Counted from the whole stretch's first letter, positions 1 to 11,990 are shown. The stretch: 63,437 nt of DNA, filler included, from Octopus bimaculoides (GCF_001194135.2; 4 parts of 4 records of this genome joined end to end with filler, not necessarily neighbours in it), one strand, 5' to 3'. Numbers and translations are program-made. The notes: generated from the letters alone by a model not told the origin.

Positions 1-51
1 ATATATATATATATATATATAAGGAAAGGGAAAACAAAACCATATATATAT

Positions 52-268
52 GTGTGTCTTGTTTCTGTATTTATCCCGCCCACACCGCTTGACAACCGAT
101 GTTGGTGTGTTTACATCCCAGTATCTTAGCGGTTCGGCAAAAATGAACCAATAGAATAAATTACTGGACTTTTAAAAATCAAGTACTGGGGTCTATTCAT
201 TCGACTAAAAATTCTTCAAGGTGGTGCCCCTGCATAGCTGCAGTCTAATGACTGAAACAAGTAAAAGG
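52..268 (+). mobile_element. 3' half of tRNA-derived CORE-type octopus SINE
   Basis: cgcttgacaaccgatgttggtgtgtttacatc ... aatgactgaaacaagtaaaag is the same tail seen in fuller copies at 54112-54600 and 56025-56425. Confidence 0.8.
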
Positions 269-819
269 TAGATATTTTAGAAAGTTTTCATGAAATGAAG
301 TCGAGATGGAGCCCTCAACTGTAGGTTTGTCCTTTAAATCGCCTAGTACATCAATCCTGGAAGATGAAAAGTTCAAGATCAGCTCGGCGGGGTTTGAACT
401 AATTTCGTAAATGGCTATAAATACCACATTTTGTCCGAAGCTGTAACGATACTGCTAATCCATTCTGCCTGTAAGTCGCAGATGCTGTCAGTCAAGATTC
501 CACCGGGATGTGAAATTCTCGAACACCATGCTGACTTATTTATTTTACTACACAGCTCTTTCATACTTTTTGCCATTATAATCTTTACTATGATGCTATA
601 ACTGTTCCATTCATAAATATTTCCACCGGCATTCGTCGACCAGATATTCTTGCTACAGATAATTAGTCAAGCCAAGTTTTTGTTATTGTTTTCTAGCGTA
701 TTTTTGTTTCCTTTTAAACCATAGTCACAAAACAAACCTGGTCGCTGTTTAGAAGAAAATTTATTGTAATACATAAAATACACATTGTGACATTTAGTTG
801 ACTTTATTGTCAATATAAG

Positions 820-2170
820 ACTAGAAAAATATTTATTTATCCCTCTTTTTCTCTCTTCTGTCTTCGTCTGTATTTCCCTCACCGTTTCTTTCCCATCCCT
901 TTATGTTTCCACTATACTCAACCGTTTGCTGTCTTTATTTCTACGTTTACTTTTAATTATTCTTTATATTTTCCTTTTCAGATTTTCATTCTTTACCCCG
1001 TACTTTCGTTTTTATTTTTCTTGCTGTTTCTATATCTATTTCTCCTCTTATTGATTCCTCAATCTTCCTAATTGATACTGTCCGTCTCTCTTCAATATCA
1101 CCCTTTTTCCAGTTATTTATCCCAGTGTTGCTTTAGTTTTCGTTTTTGCTTCAATCTATTTCCCTGCCACTTTTCTCTCTCTCTCTCGCTCTGCTTCTAA
1201 GCCTCTATTCTGGCTATTTTTTCTCTTCATTTCCTCATAATTTAAAACGGGACCGTTTTGTTCTCTGTCTTCTCCCCATCTCCTTACGCGCGATTGCATG
1301 CGTGCACGCGCGCATGTACGCAGAAGTGGTTGTTCAATGAGGGGAGAGGAAAGAAAAGTCGTCTCGGATAGATGACGCAGTTCGACCTCACTTTCTAAAG
1401 GATTATGAAAAGGTCATCATCTTCAAATAAGCGTGAATAAAAAGAAATAAAGAAAAAAAAGCTGGAAGTCGAAAGATTTAAATAATGTGGTTGAAGAGAA
1501 AGAGGAAACAGGAGAGGAAGAAGGGTGAAGAGCACACGATCCAAGCTACTGGAAAATGTTATTGTTTGGTGTTTATGTGGGTGAGGGTTAATAAAAGCTA
1601 TCATTGGTCCTAGAGGATTGAAAAGTAGAATAATTAAGATGTGAAGTTAAGATATTGATAATGGGTAAGAAAAGGAGAGATGAAAGGATAAAAGAGAGAA
1701 AGAGAGCTGGAAGATATGACTTTTTTTTTAATAAAGAGAAGAAAGCGGAAGAGATAAAGTGACAAAAAAATCGAAATAGGAGAAGAAATAGTAAAAGAGT
1801 TTTCGAAAAGTAGATAGATGCGAGAAAAAGAATAAATGAAAGAAAGAAAGCAAAACGAAAAACGAGAAAAACAAGGTAAAACCGAAAGTAAGCAACACAC
1901 TAACAGTATGAAGAAGAGAGAGAGAAAGGGAGATACGGATAAAGTTGATAGAAAATAAAGAGAAACAACTGAGAGAAAGAAAATAGAGATAGAAAGTAAA
2001 TATTAAAGCGAGGTAAAGTAAAAGAAGTGATAAAGAATATTAACAAAGCATAAGAAAGCGATAGAGAGAAAAAGAATGAAAGAATGAGAGAGGCAATGTG
2101 GGGGAAGTAGTGGGCGGGAAAGCATGCACATGTGGTGTTTGTTGTATGCAATGGGAGCCTGAAGAGAAGT
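820..2170. promoter_or_regulatory. Candidate promoter region: CpG-rich core (about 1280-1330) between a pyrimidine-rich tract and a purine-rich tract
   Basis: acgcgcgattgcatgcgtgcacgcgcgcatgtacgc resembles NRF1-type GCGCATGCGC sites. T/C-rich sequence lies to the left (820-1270) and A/G-rich sequence to the right (1440-2170). The promoter function is inferred. Confidence 0.4.
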
Positions 2171-5100
2171 GACACTCACCACATCAAGAAGGGGATGAAT
2201 GGAAACCGGTTTAGCTTTGTTTTGGGAGAGGCAGCTGCCAGAGTCATTGTAGGAAAAATAAAGGATACCTCAAATTAAACGACAGCTTTCAGCCAACATT
2301 CATAGTGTGAATGCTATTATATCTGTCCACAAAGGTACATGTACCACTTGTATGTATAGATATTAAAATAAAAATAACCATTTTTCGATATCAAAAAGTT
2401 AGTGGCTAACTACTGTGTATATAACAAAATATATTTCGAACTTGATATATAAAATACAATCACAACAAAAGGACTTGTGTATTTATACTGTATATAAATT
2501 TTTTAATGAAGTGAAATAAGGAAACAAATCAAAAGAAAAGAGAGAGAGAGAGAGAGGCAAAATTTTTCATAAAACGATAAGGAAAGAGAAGTGTAAACCG
2601 GACACACTATCAGTCCAAACAACAGGAAACAAAGTGTCGACAAAGGCCAGATTTGGCTTGTTTTAGGTCGGTAAGAAGTTTTTACTCTTCTATCAGCAAC
2701 ATCACCAGCACTGTTTTGGACAAATATACTATCCCATTCACCATCACCACACCACCGTTATCATGCAAGCAATGACAAGTCCTACAGTAACAACACCGTC
2801 TCTGAACACGTAAGATATATCTTCACACATATATATATATATATATAATGTGGCCTTATTTTTCCATTTATTTACCATTTCGTTTCCATGTGCGTTTGTT
2901 TTCTTCGCCTGTCATATTTTCTCGCTTTTCTTTTTCGTTTTCATTCAGTCTTTATATTATGTAGAAAACAATTTTTGTTCTTTTCACTAATAAAACACTA
3001 TTTTAAATTTTTGTTGAGAAAGGGATTTAGTAGATTAAATTAATTTTCCTATGCTATTGTTGTTAATTTTATCGACTTCGGAACTATGAAGTGCATTCAT
3101 TCACCCTTTTAGTTTCATTTGAGAGAAACATAATGTTGTTTCTTTCGGATGCACGCAGTCCGAATTTATTATAGTTGAAGTAAAAAAAAAAAAGGAGGGG
3201 GATTAATTAAGAAAAGTGACAGGCATCCCTTCTTTATAAAATATATTTATGATATAAAATATTTTAATTCAAAAGTCGAAACTCGGTTTGCCAAGAATAT
3301 TTTTTTCACAGTATTCTTTCTTAACCCTAACGAGGCCTCACTAATTTCACAGGAACAAGTTTTTGAGGTTTTTATCTAAATTCAACTCAGAATGCTCATC
3401 CGAATATTTCCTCTATTTTATAGTGCGCACCTTTATTTTAATAACGATAGAAATTTGTAACTCAAAAGAAGTTTGAAAAAAAATCAGCTAGGAAAGGGCG
3501 ATGCATAAAACTGTTGTTAAATGCAAGAGAGAAAATGAAACGGTTATTTTATAGAAACTAAACCATATGCTTGCGAAATTCTTTGAATTATCAAAACAAG
3601 AAAACTTTTTTGGATGAGAATAAAGTGAAATTGATATCAGAGATATAGACAGACAGGGATAAGGAGAGAGTCATCCCGCCCACGAGCGCAGGTGTGAATG
3701 GGGTACAAAATTTCCTCTGCCCTACAATAATCATTGTTGGGGTGCTGAAGGTACTTTTGTCCCAAGCACTGAGAGCCTTCGTTATGCAACCCACTCATTT
3801 GATACCCGAGAGAATTGAGGATTTTTCTGACAACTACAATCTTGCAATCCATTTCGTTGTATAGGAAATATGTGTACATAAAGACACATGTTAGCAGTTT
3901 GAATTAATAATATTGACAAACAATTCTTGGCTGGAAAGGCATGGACCTACACATGAATAGTTCTCTTTTATATATATTGAAGTTGTTATTTTTTTAACCT
4001 CGCGTCAGCCTCGATCCCACAAGCCTAATATTCCAGCAATGAAATTATCGTGTCTTTTTGTTTTATTTTGTATATGTATATGAACTAACAAATAGCAGTC
4101 GCCTTCGTTTTCGAAAGACAACATGGAGATTTGAGAGCTATTTCTAGCAAATGCAAATTGAGCTACTGCGTAGAGGGCACCCCCTGCTTTTGGCTCGATA
4201 ACTATAAGGTCTTATGCGCCTGTAAAAACAAAAAGTCGGTTCCAGTTTTCCGATATTTTTCATCTTCAGTGCATCATTGCCACCACATCACATTAATTAA
4301 TAGGCCTAAACATATTATGAATGAATTGTTAATATGTTAATGTCTCACATGTATTTATACATCAGATTTATTTACGTATTGAACAAAGTGAGAAATAGTG
4401 TTACTTAATTACAACGTAGTTTACTGAAAATATCGTGACGGAGAGTTGTAATAAAGTGTATAAGTTCTATTCGTCTCGGTCGCGAGTTCAAATTTCATTT
4501 GTAGTCAATTTCACTTTAATTCATTTGCAAGCTGTGAAATAAATGATAGACGAAATTGTCTGTACCCGCAATATGCTGAAATCCTTCTCAAGCGTACCTC
4601 TCGCACCTAATTCTAGAAAATCTGGCATGTGTTTTTATTTGTTTGTTTCTTTATTTTCCTTGTGGGCTGTCTTAAGTGTTATGTCAATCTAGTTGCTTTT
4701 AATTTTGAAACGAGGGATGTAAACGAATTCGTGTCGATGGAAATGGGATTGGTTATTTACATTCTTTGACCCATATGTTAGCGTATGTGACAATGTTGTG
4801 TGTAGGAGAGCTTCACAGAGGAAAATGTGTAGCAAATATGTGTATATTAAGACACATGTTAGCAGTTTGAATTAATAATGTTAAAATTCTTTATAGAAAA
4901 TATGTACATAAGTGCATGTGTCCAGTTGTATATAAAAAAAAACCCTGAAATGCTATATATAAATATCCTAGTGTGTGTATAATATATACACTTACGTGAA
5001 AGTCGTATAAAAAAAAATCCTTGGATAGAAAAAGTCGAAGTTCCATCCCAAGAGTTTTTAACCCAATATTTACATGCTATTTATGCCCCCCCCCCCACTC

Positions 5101-5974
5101 AGGAAGTATTTCACGTTCTTTAAGAGTTTATAAATTCTTACACTCACGTTTTTTTAAAGTTACCTTTGTAGACTCCCCTCCTTTTCCCACCAAACTACCG
5201 TTTAACGAAACCAGCAGCTGGAATAAATGTAGCGTAGACAGAGAAGAAATTCTTGAAGTGACAGTTCCGGGATAGAAGGGTTTCAGTAGTGCAAAATTTG
5301 GTGCGTGAGACAATTTAGGGATGACGGAAAGCGGATGCGTAGAGTTACTGTCGTATAGTCGATGGCCAACTCTGGCTGAGAGCAGACCTATGATGGAAGG
5401 CATTTTGCTCATGACTATCACTCCTCTTTTATGTGCAGGAAACCCTGGATGATGTTATACAACCTGTTCTCTGAGTGACTTCGGTTGCCATTTCTTGTTA
5501 AGTGACCTCTCAAAAGTTCCCGCGTTTTTTCGTGGGTGCATCTAAAGAGCTTTTAGAGTTGCAGTGGCTTCTATCGTAACTTAGAAATGACAGGCAGAAA
5601 GAGAGAGGTGGGGTGTGAAGATATTGGTGGTTGTTTGTGGCTTTTCCTCGGATGTTTGAAATGTTTTTAAACGAGGACAGGAAGCCGATAGCTATTAAAC
5701 TCCCAGACAGTCCTCCAGTGTAACCTTTTTTTTTTTTTTAAGACGATGTGGTTAGATTCAAGGATGGTCAAGCAACTAATTCTTGCAGATGAAGCGACCA
5801 CGTAGTAGTTCAAGACCGATAGTTCCGAATTATAGAGGTTATCCTTCTTCAATATATTAATGTTTCCTTAGACATGAGGAATCTCTGTGGATAGGGAAAG
5901 CTGTTGGGTCTGGGGTGAACAACACTTTGAAAGTTAGGAAAAGGACAGTCACTCAGATATACACAATGAGCTTC

Positions 5975-6090
5975 CACACAATTTCTGTCTACCAAGTTCA
6001 TTCATATAGCAGAAGACACTTTCCCAGGTGCTGCCTAATGGGACTGAGCCCGAGATCGCGTGATAGCACAGCGAGCTTCATAAGCACACG
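5975..6090 (-). mobile_element. Degenerate head/core fragment of CORE-type SINE
   Basis: ttctgtctaccaag...agaagacactttcccaggtgctgcctaatgggactgagcccg matches the reverse-strand SINE at 52700-52860. Confidence 0.65.
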
Positions 6091-6098
6091 GTCATACC

Positions 6099-6143
<45 letters not shown>

Positions 6144-6184
6144 TCAAAAAAACACAAAAAACAATAACAAAAAAACAACAAAGT

Positions 6185-6340
6185 GAGGACGTGATACGGA
6201 TAGTGTTATTGGACGCTCGGGAAAGGAAAGAGAGAGAGTATGACGTTTCGGGTGGAGCCCTTCGTCGGAAAGACGGAAAGTTCAAAGAATGGAAAAGCGG
6301 AGGAAGAGAAAATCGGCACCGATGCCCACAAGGTTACATT
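6185..6340 (-). mobile_element. Penelope-like element terminal-repeat fragment carrying a minimal hammerhead motif
   Basis: The minus strand reads tcCGACGAaGGGctccaCCCGAAACGTCa, matching the CTGANGAAG...CGAAACGT signature of Penelope pLTRs. Confidence 0.55.
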
Positions 6341-7970
6341 ATGCAGTATAGTACATCTATTTCAGCTGATTTTGCCAATCCTGACGTCCCTCACAAGGGG
6401 CAGTATGAAGAATATGGTGACAGCTTTCTGCTACTCTGAAATGGATCTATAGATGCGGCATTGTATAAATACTAATATACCCTCTCCAAGTGCCTGGTTT
6501 TCCTGACTAATAAATTACTGGAGCATTTACATGCTCGCTCATCCTGCTAGAAACAGCAGCCAATGTTCCTTCATGTCTGCCTAACCAAGGTTAATAAAAG
6601 GTTAGACATTCCTAAAGAATAGAGTTATGAATGGTGAAAGTAAAGAATATGTACACACGGTGTTTAGGGTTACGGCTTTTGTTATACCGAAAACGGCCAC
6701 CGTTAGGAATTATCTAATTGGTCAAAAAAAAAAAAGTAATTTCTTCTAATCTGCATTTGGTTACAATTCTGCAATTTATATTTTGAATGGTGGAGGTAAA
6801 TCTGCCCTCACCAAAACAAATAAATAAATAAAACAAAAACATTCCTGAATTTTTGTGACTATATATGTGTGTTTGTGTATACTATGTACTTTTAACCCTC
6901 TACTTGTCAAAAGCATTTTCATAAGTCTTAAACGCCCAATGCTTGTTTTCAGACCCTTAGTCCAAGCTGTTTCATACATTATGAGTTATATAAATAATAT
7001 GAAGCTTTCCTTTCATAACTCCTATGTTGTTTTGGTGGTTAAAAAAAAGTGGGGAATGTTTACCATATATGATGCATGGCCACCAGAGAAATATGGGCAT
7101 CCAAAGTGGTGGGTACAACTCTGTAGTTATGCCGAAATATGTTCTGTGTAATTCAATCTGATACATAGGGTAGGCAAAGGGTTAAAAAGACATTTCACCT
7201 CGGTAGTCTTTCTCTTTCCTTCCTCTCACCCTGTCTCTCCACAACGAACAAGAGAAATATACGATTTATCCGCACAGTTTAAGATAATTATTATTGTTTA
7301 TATTTATGATTATTGCATAACTTAACACTCTGACAAATAACGTATTTATTTGCGAATAATAAGTTGCCCTATTTTATACTTTATTTTCATTGAAAATACT
7401 GGTAGGTGCGATCTATACACAAAGCAAAGCCAAAACTTTCAAAGAAAAAAAAATGTACCAAGATTTAAAACTAAATAAGGCGTGCATCTTATACTCGAGT
7501 AAATACGGTAGCTGTTGAGAAAATAAGAACCAGCTTGTTCAACTACAACCCTTGAAGTTTTAAGTGTGTAAGTCCCATGACTGAAACCAGTTGAAGGAAA
7601 TATATGCGCGCGAGCGTGCACACACTAGTTTTGTTTATTCTCTAGCAGCTTAGAAAGTTTTCGCCTCAGTATTTATAAATTGTCTCCGCTCCTATGTTTG
7701 AGTGACTGACAGCTATTGATATTATCAATTATATCTTATAACAACACCACTAAATGACAAAGTGTGTGCTGCTTTGGGATTAGTTAATAATTATGTGATT
7801 GTCACTTTTTCTCTGAACTTTTTCCTGAAACACTACACCTACATAATTGCTCTCCAGTTTTAGACTTCTCAACTTGTGTGTATGTAAACCCACAGTAAGG
7901 TCTTATGTTTCGATATTTACTATAAGAACTTAAGCATGCATACATACACACATATGCTTGCATATATATA

Positions 7971-8080
7971 TTATTCTTAAACAAGAATGTTGTTGACAGT
8001 GACTTCGAAGTTTTGGCCAGTTTAGCCATCATGGCTGAAATTTCGAAATCACTGTCAACAACATTTTTGTTAGAGAATAA
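7971..8080. repeat. 110-bp imperfect palindrome (50-bp arms, 10-nt loop)
   Basis: Arm 7971-8020 versus the reverse complement of 8031-8080 shows 42/50 matches counted by eye, with a tgttgacagtga core. Confidence 0.9.
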
Positions 8081-8889
8081 CAAATTTGTACTCTTCAAAA
8101 GTATAGAGTAACCCATCAGATTAATGTAAAATTGTTTTCATTATAACTGAACATAAAAACAAACATTGTGTGTGTGTATGAGAGAGGGAGACTAAGAAAA
8201 GAACATGGACATGACTATAACTTTGTACTCCTTTATTCAAATTCCTACATATGTTTCAGTATTTCGTAACATGTATACGTATATATGTTTACATATTTTC
8301 TCACTGCTTCCCAATGCTCTGTTTCCCTTTCTTTTGCACTCCTCTCTCCACAATGTCTCTGATGCTTAAACATCCTCTCGTCTCTCTCTCTCTCTCTCCC
8401 TCACCAATCTTTACAGCTCCTTTACATCTCTTTCCTTCAGTCCAGATTCTAACCACCCTCATTACTTTCTTTTATTTATATATCCTTTTCCCCCTCCACA
8501 CTTTCCACCTTTATTCATTTTGTTTAAAGTCATCACCCTATCTCTCTTACGTTCCTTTCCTTCATAGGAGATCTTTTGGCTCATTAGTCTTGCATGCTAC
8601 AAGGTGGCCTCTGGTGCTGGTGCCACCTAGCACACTATGAAGTGGTTGGGATTAGAAAGAGATCCAATTGTAGAAACTATGCAAAAACTGAAACGGAGCA
8701 CAGCATGATCCTGTAACTCTTTGGGCCCCTTAGAATTGATCAACCCATACCAGCAAAGAAAGTGTATGTAAAAGGATGTGTGTATATATAGTTTAAATTA
8801 AAAATTTAGAAACTTTGTGAGAATGTGAAATAATTTGTTTTTAACAGTTGAACATGAACCAGTTAAAATTATAATTAATAGCGTGTAAA

Positions 8890-10690
8890 TATTGGGTTTA
8901 AAACCTTTTGTATAGAAAAAGATGAAGGGTGCCCATGGAACTCAAACCCAAATCTTCTATAAACCTGACAGACATTCTATATATTTATATTTGCTTAAAA
9001 TATCTGAAATAGGATATGTGCTTGTCACCCAAATATCTAATCAGGTTGTACTGGAAGTAGTTGTACCTTATGACTGGTGTAGTTCTATCATTGTACAATG
9101 TTACAAGACAAAGGAGATGCATTGGAGAGAGGAAACTACAGAAGCAACAACTTGTTAGACCAGGCTGTGAAGGTGACAGAAGAAGTTGTAGCATATTCAA
9201 TCAGGAACAGAATAAGCCTAGATGAGATGCAGGGTGGTTTTATGCCTGGAAGAGGTAGCACAGATGGCATTTTTCTCTGAGGCACATACAGAAGTACTAA
9301 GCTAAGAGTAAGCCATTATATCTAACATTCATGACAAAGTGCTATGCTCAGTAATCTGGTGTCTCTAGGGAATGTAGGTATTGATAAATCGTTTTTGAGT
9401 GTGCTGTCAATAAAGTGAGAGCAAATGATGAGTTAAGACACAAATTTAGTATAAAAATTGGGGTCCTTCGATGTTCATTTCTCAGTCCCCTCCTGGCCAT
9501 CATAAGAATTCAAGACTTATTTTGCAGAGTGAAGAGCTATAAGAACTGATGATCTACCTTTTATATCTAAATATACAGTAGAATTAAAATGGGAGAAGAA
9601 ATTTCAAGTGTGGAAACAGACCCTAGATTTGAGAAGCCTCAAATGAATTTAGTTAAGACTCAGGTGTTAGTGAGCAGAAAAGAAGTTAGGACTCTGTGCT
9701 GTCCAGGAAATAGCTTTACTCAAGATGCAGAAAAGATGTAAGTAGGAACTCCGTATGTTGTTTCCAGTATAAGGGGTGTTGTGGAGGGGCTAATGCAGTT
9801 TTTCACCTCTCCTTAAAAAATTCTTTTTTTTTTTTTTGGAAAAATTTTTTCGGATTCCTACGTTTTAGATGTCAGAAATTACAAATATGCATTTTCAAAA
9901 TTTTAAATTCACTTAGCATATAGATATGTGTATAAAGAGATAGATATGGAATTCTTCCTGGGGCTATTAACAACAGTAACACCGTCCTCTATAGGACCAC
10001 CACACTTAGTTGACAAATATATTTTATGAATAAACAGACAGGGATAGATAGACAGGTAAATAAATGAATAAATGAATGAAAGTTCAAAATTTGAAATTAG
10101 GGGAGGGGGTGAAATTTGAGCCCCTTATTAAACTTTATAACATTAGTTATTAAACATTGTTTGTTTCTTATAAAATGGTGTATATTTAATTTATATTAAA
10201 TTATTATTTACGATTATTTAAGGCAAACACAAGCAAAATGCAAATTCTTTTCGCTTTAATGTTTTTGTCTGTATTTAATTTTGATTTGCATATGTTCATC
10301 AATTCACTACGATCTCTTTAAAGTAAACAAAATCAAAAATATAAATGGAGTTGGGTGGATGGTGAAATAAAAAAAAAAAAATTTTTTTTGCATATTTGTA
10401 ATCTCCAATGTCTAAAACATTAGGAATCCGAAAAAATTTTTTTCAAAAAATTGCATTTTTCAAGGAGAGATGCGAAACTGCATTAGCCCTGTTGTGGAAC
10501 CACCAGTAAGATAACAGGAAACAGGTTTTGTATATCAGATTCCCTGCAACAATAAGCACTTAGGACACAACAGAAATATATTCTCTTAAATGCCCAACTG
10601 TCTCACAAGAAGTGGTTGATGGCGTCTGTTATCTTGGGAACAGTTAGTGGAATCTGGAACAAAGAAGCTGCTTTATTGTAGACATATTCT
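8890..10690 (+). mobile_element. Degenerate RTE-clade LINE reverse-transcriptase fragment, split by a MITE
   Basis: It translates to KGDALERGNYR..LLDQAVKVTE..SLDEMQGGFMPGRGSTDGIF. Homology resumes after 10499 (through a YLG-like motif) and matches the RTE copies at 28815 and 31316. Confidence 0.8.
9786..10489. mobile_element. Non-autonomous DNA transposon, Mutator(MULE)-like MITE, 704 bp
   Basis: About 120-bp TIRs (GGGCTAATGCAGTTT...CGGATTCCTA...TTACAAATATGCA) and a perfect 9-bp TSD TGTTGTGGA at 9777-9785 and 10490-10498. No ORF. Confidence 0.8.
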
Positions 10691-10699
10691 GCTACCACA

Positions 10700-10990
10700 T
10701 TACCAGAAACATCATTTTAATTCACCTGGTGGTTTGGTGCATTATTTAAAAGTAGTAACGCTTTCTTGGAAATAGTATGCCTGGCACTGTACCTCTTAAA
10801 AGCAAGGCCTTAAAGTTTGTGAACCTGTCTTGGAATAGATTTGTAGTAATGTGAGCCTTCTTGAACACCATATCACAGGGAGATTAAACTTTAGTTCCTG
10901 AAAGTTCTTTGATTTTCTGAGTGATACATGAGCAGGTGCTTTCATTTCATATCATCAACAATATTTCTTCCCACAAGAAGCATCAGGTGG
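10700..10990 (-). mobile_element. pogo/Tigger-type transposase remnant
   Basis: The frameshifted minus-strand translation gives GRNIVDDMK..LLMYHSENQRT and ALLLLNNAPNH, resembling Tigger GANAAGDFKLKPMLIYHSENPRA and LLLIDNAPGH. Confidence 0.65.
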
Positions 10991-11151
10991 GTTTGTTTGT
11001 TTTTTTTTTTAAGATTTAGAGCCAAGTACTAATTTTTCCAAACAATGCTCATTTTTATCCTCATTTAGCATTTGTACTGGTTGAAACCCCCTTAAACCTT
11101 TAGCGTTCTGATTCTGTCAAATGTAATGCTTGTTTATTCACATTGTTTTGA

Positions 11152-11359
11152 AATCATCATCATCATCGTTTAATGTCCGCTTTCCATGCTAGCATGGGTT
11201 GGACGATTTGACTGAGGACTGGTGAAACCGGATGGCAACACCAGGCTCCAGTCTGATTTGGCAGAGTTTCTACAGCTGGATGCCCTTCCTAACGCCAACC
11301 ACTCAGAGAGTGTAGTGGGTGCTTTTACGTGTCACCCGCACGAAAACGGCCACGCTCGN
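11152..11359 (-). mobile_element. 3' end of RTE-clade LINE with (GAT)n tail
   Basis: catcatcatcgtttaatgtccgctttccatgctagcatgggttgg... is the reverse complement of the tail at 21440-21606. Confidence 0.85.
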
Positions 11360-11459
11360 NNNNNNNNNNNNNNNNNNNNNNNNNNNNNNNNNNNNNNNNN
11401 NNTTAATTAATTAANNNNNNNNNNNNNNNNNNNNNNNNNNNNNNNNNNNNNNNNNNNNT

Positions 11460-11990
11460 GAAAGAAAAATGACAACGCTATTCAAGAGAAGATTTGCGTT
11501 TTCAAGCTCAGAACTGAGAAAACTGATAAGGAGGATACAAGAGGCGGTCGAAAAAGCCAGCTTCTATATATGGCTGAAGCGGGAAGACCAAATATGGCTT
11601 GAAAGTCATAACATGCCTAGGTGAGACAGGCTGACACTGAAGTGGCTTCGCGCCCTCCATTGTCAGTTAAAGTTTAGACAGTGCCATGTGACAACTTGCT
11701 GGGGCTGCCTACCGGACCCTAGCAGCAGGAAATTTAGACAGTGTCACGTGACAACTTGCTGGGGCAGCCTGCTGGAGCCTAGCAGCAGGTATAAAAAGAG
11801 GAATTTAATATGACAATCAGTCGGACGCTGACACTCGTTGATGCTGCATCGAAGACATGCACCCAACACCAGAGCTGAAGACACCTCCGAAAGGGGGGGC
11901 CCCGCCACGTCAAAACGGTAGAGGAGTAGGGGCCGAAACCGGACGTGGTTCCTCCTGATGATGTCTTGAGCTAACTGGATCCTATAAAGG
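11460..11990 (+). mobile_element. 3' end of HERO-like RLE non-LTR retrotransposon (ORF end plus 3' UTR)
   Basis: Open frame 11460-11624 ends ...LRKLIRRIQEAVEKASFYIWLKREDQIW...*, matching the HERO-type AE.AS.WIWLKR..W C-terminus. The 3' UTR has a 60-bp tandem duplication (11673-11789). The 5' part is lost in a gap. Confidence 0.65.

Noticed and set aside
5128-5421. 97-aa minus-strand ORF with an internal AAG|GTAACT donor at 5164/5163
   Set aside because: No recognisable domain, and I found no in-frame downstream exon, so it is not supportable as CDS.
5915-6439. 174-aa ORF
   Set aside because: It is a patchwork of a SINE fragment, (TA)n and a Penelope terminal fragment.
11403-11414. TTAATTAATTAA island inside N-runs (also 33776-33787 and 61300-61311)
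   Set aside because: The identical 12-mer is embedded in three gaps and has stops in all six frames, so it is most likely an assembly spacer rather than biology.
11925-11975. GAAAC...CTGATGA hammerhead-like words in the HERO-like 3' UTR
   Set aside because: The order would need a type II topology, but stem I is absent and stem II does not pair.
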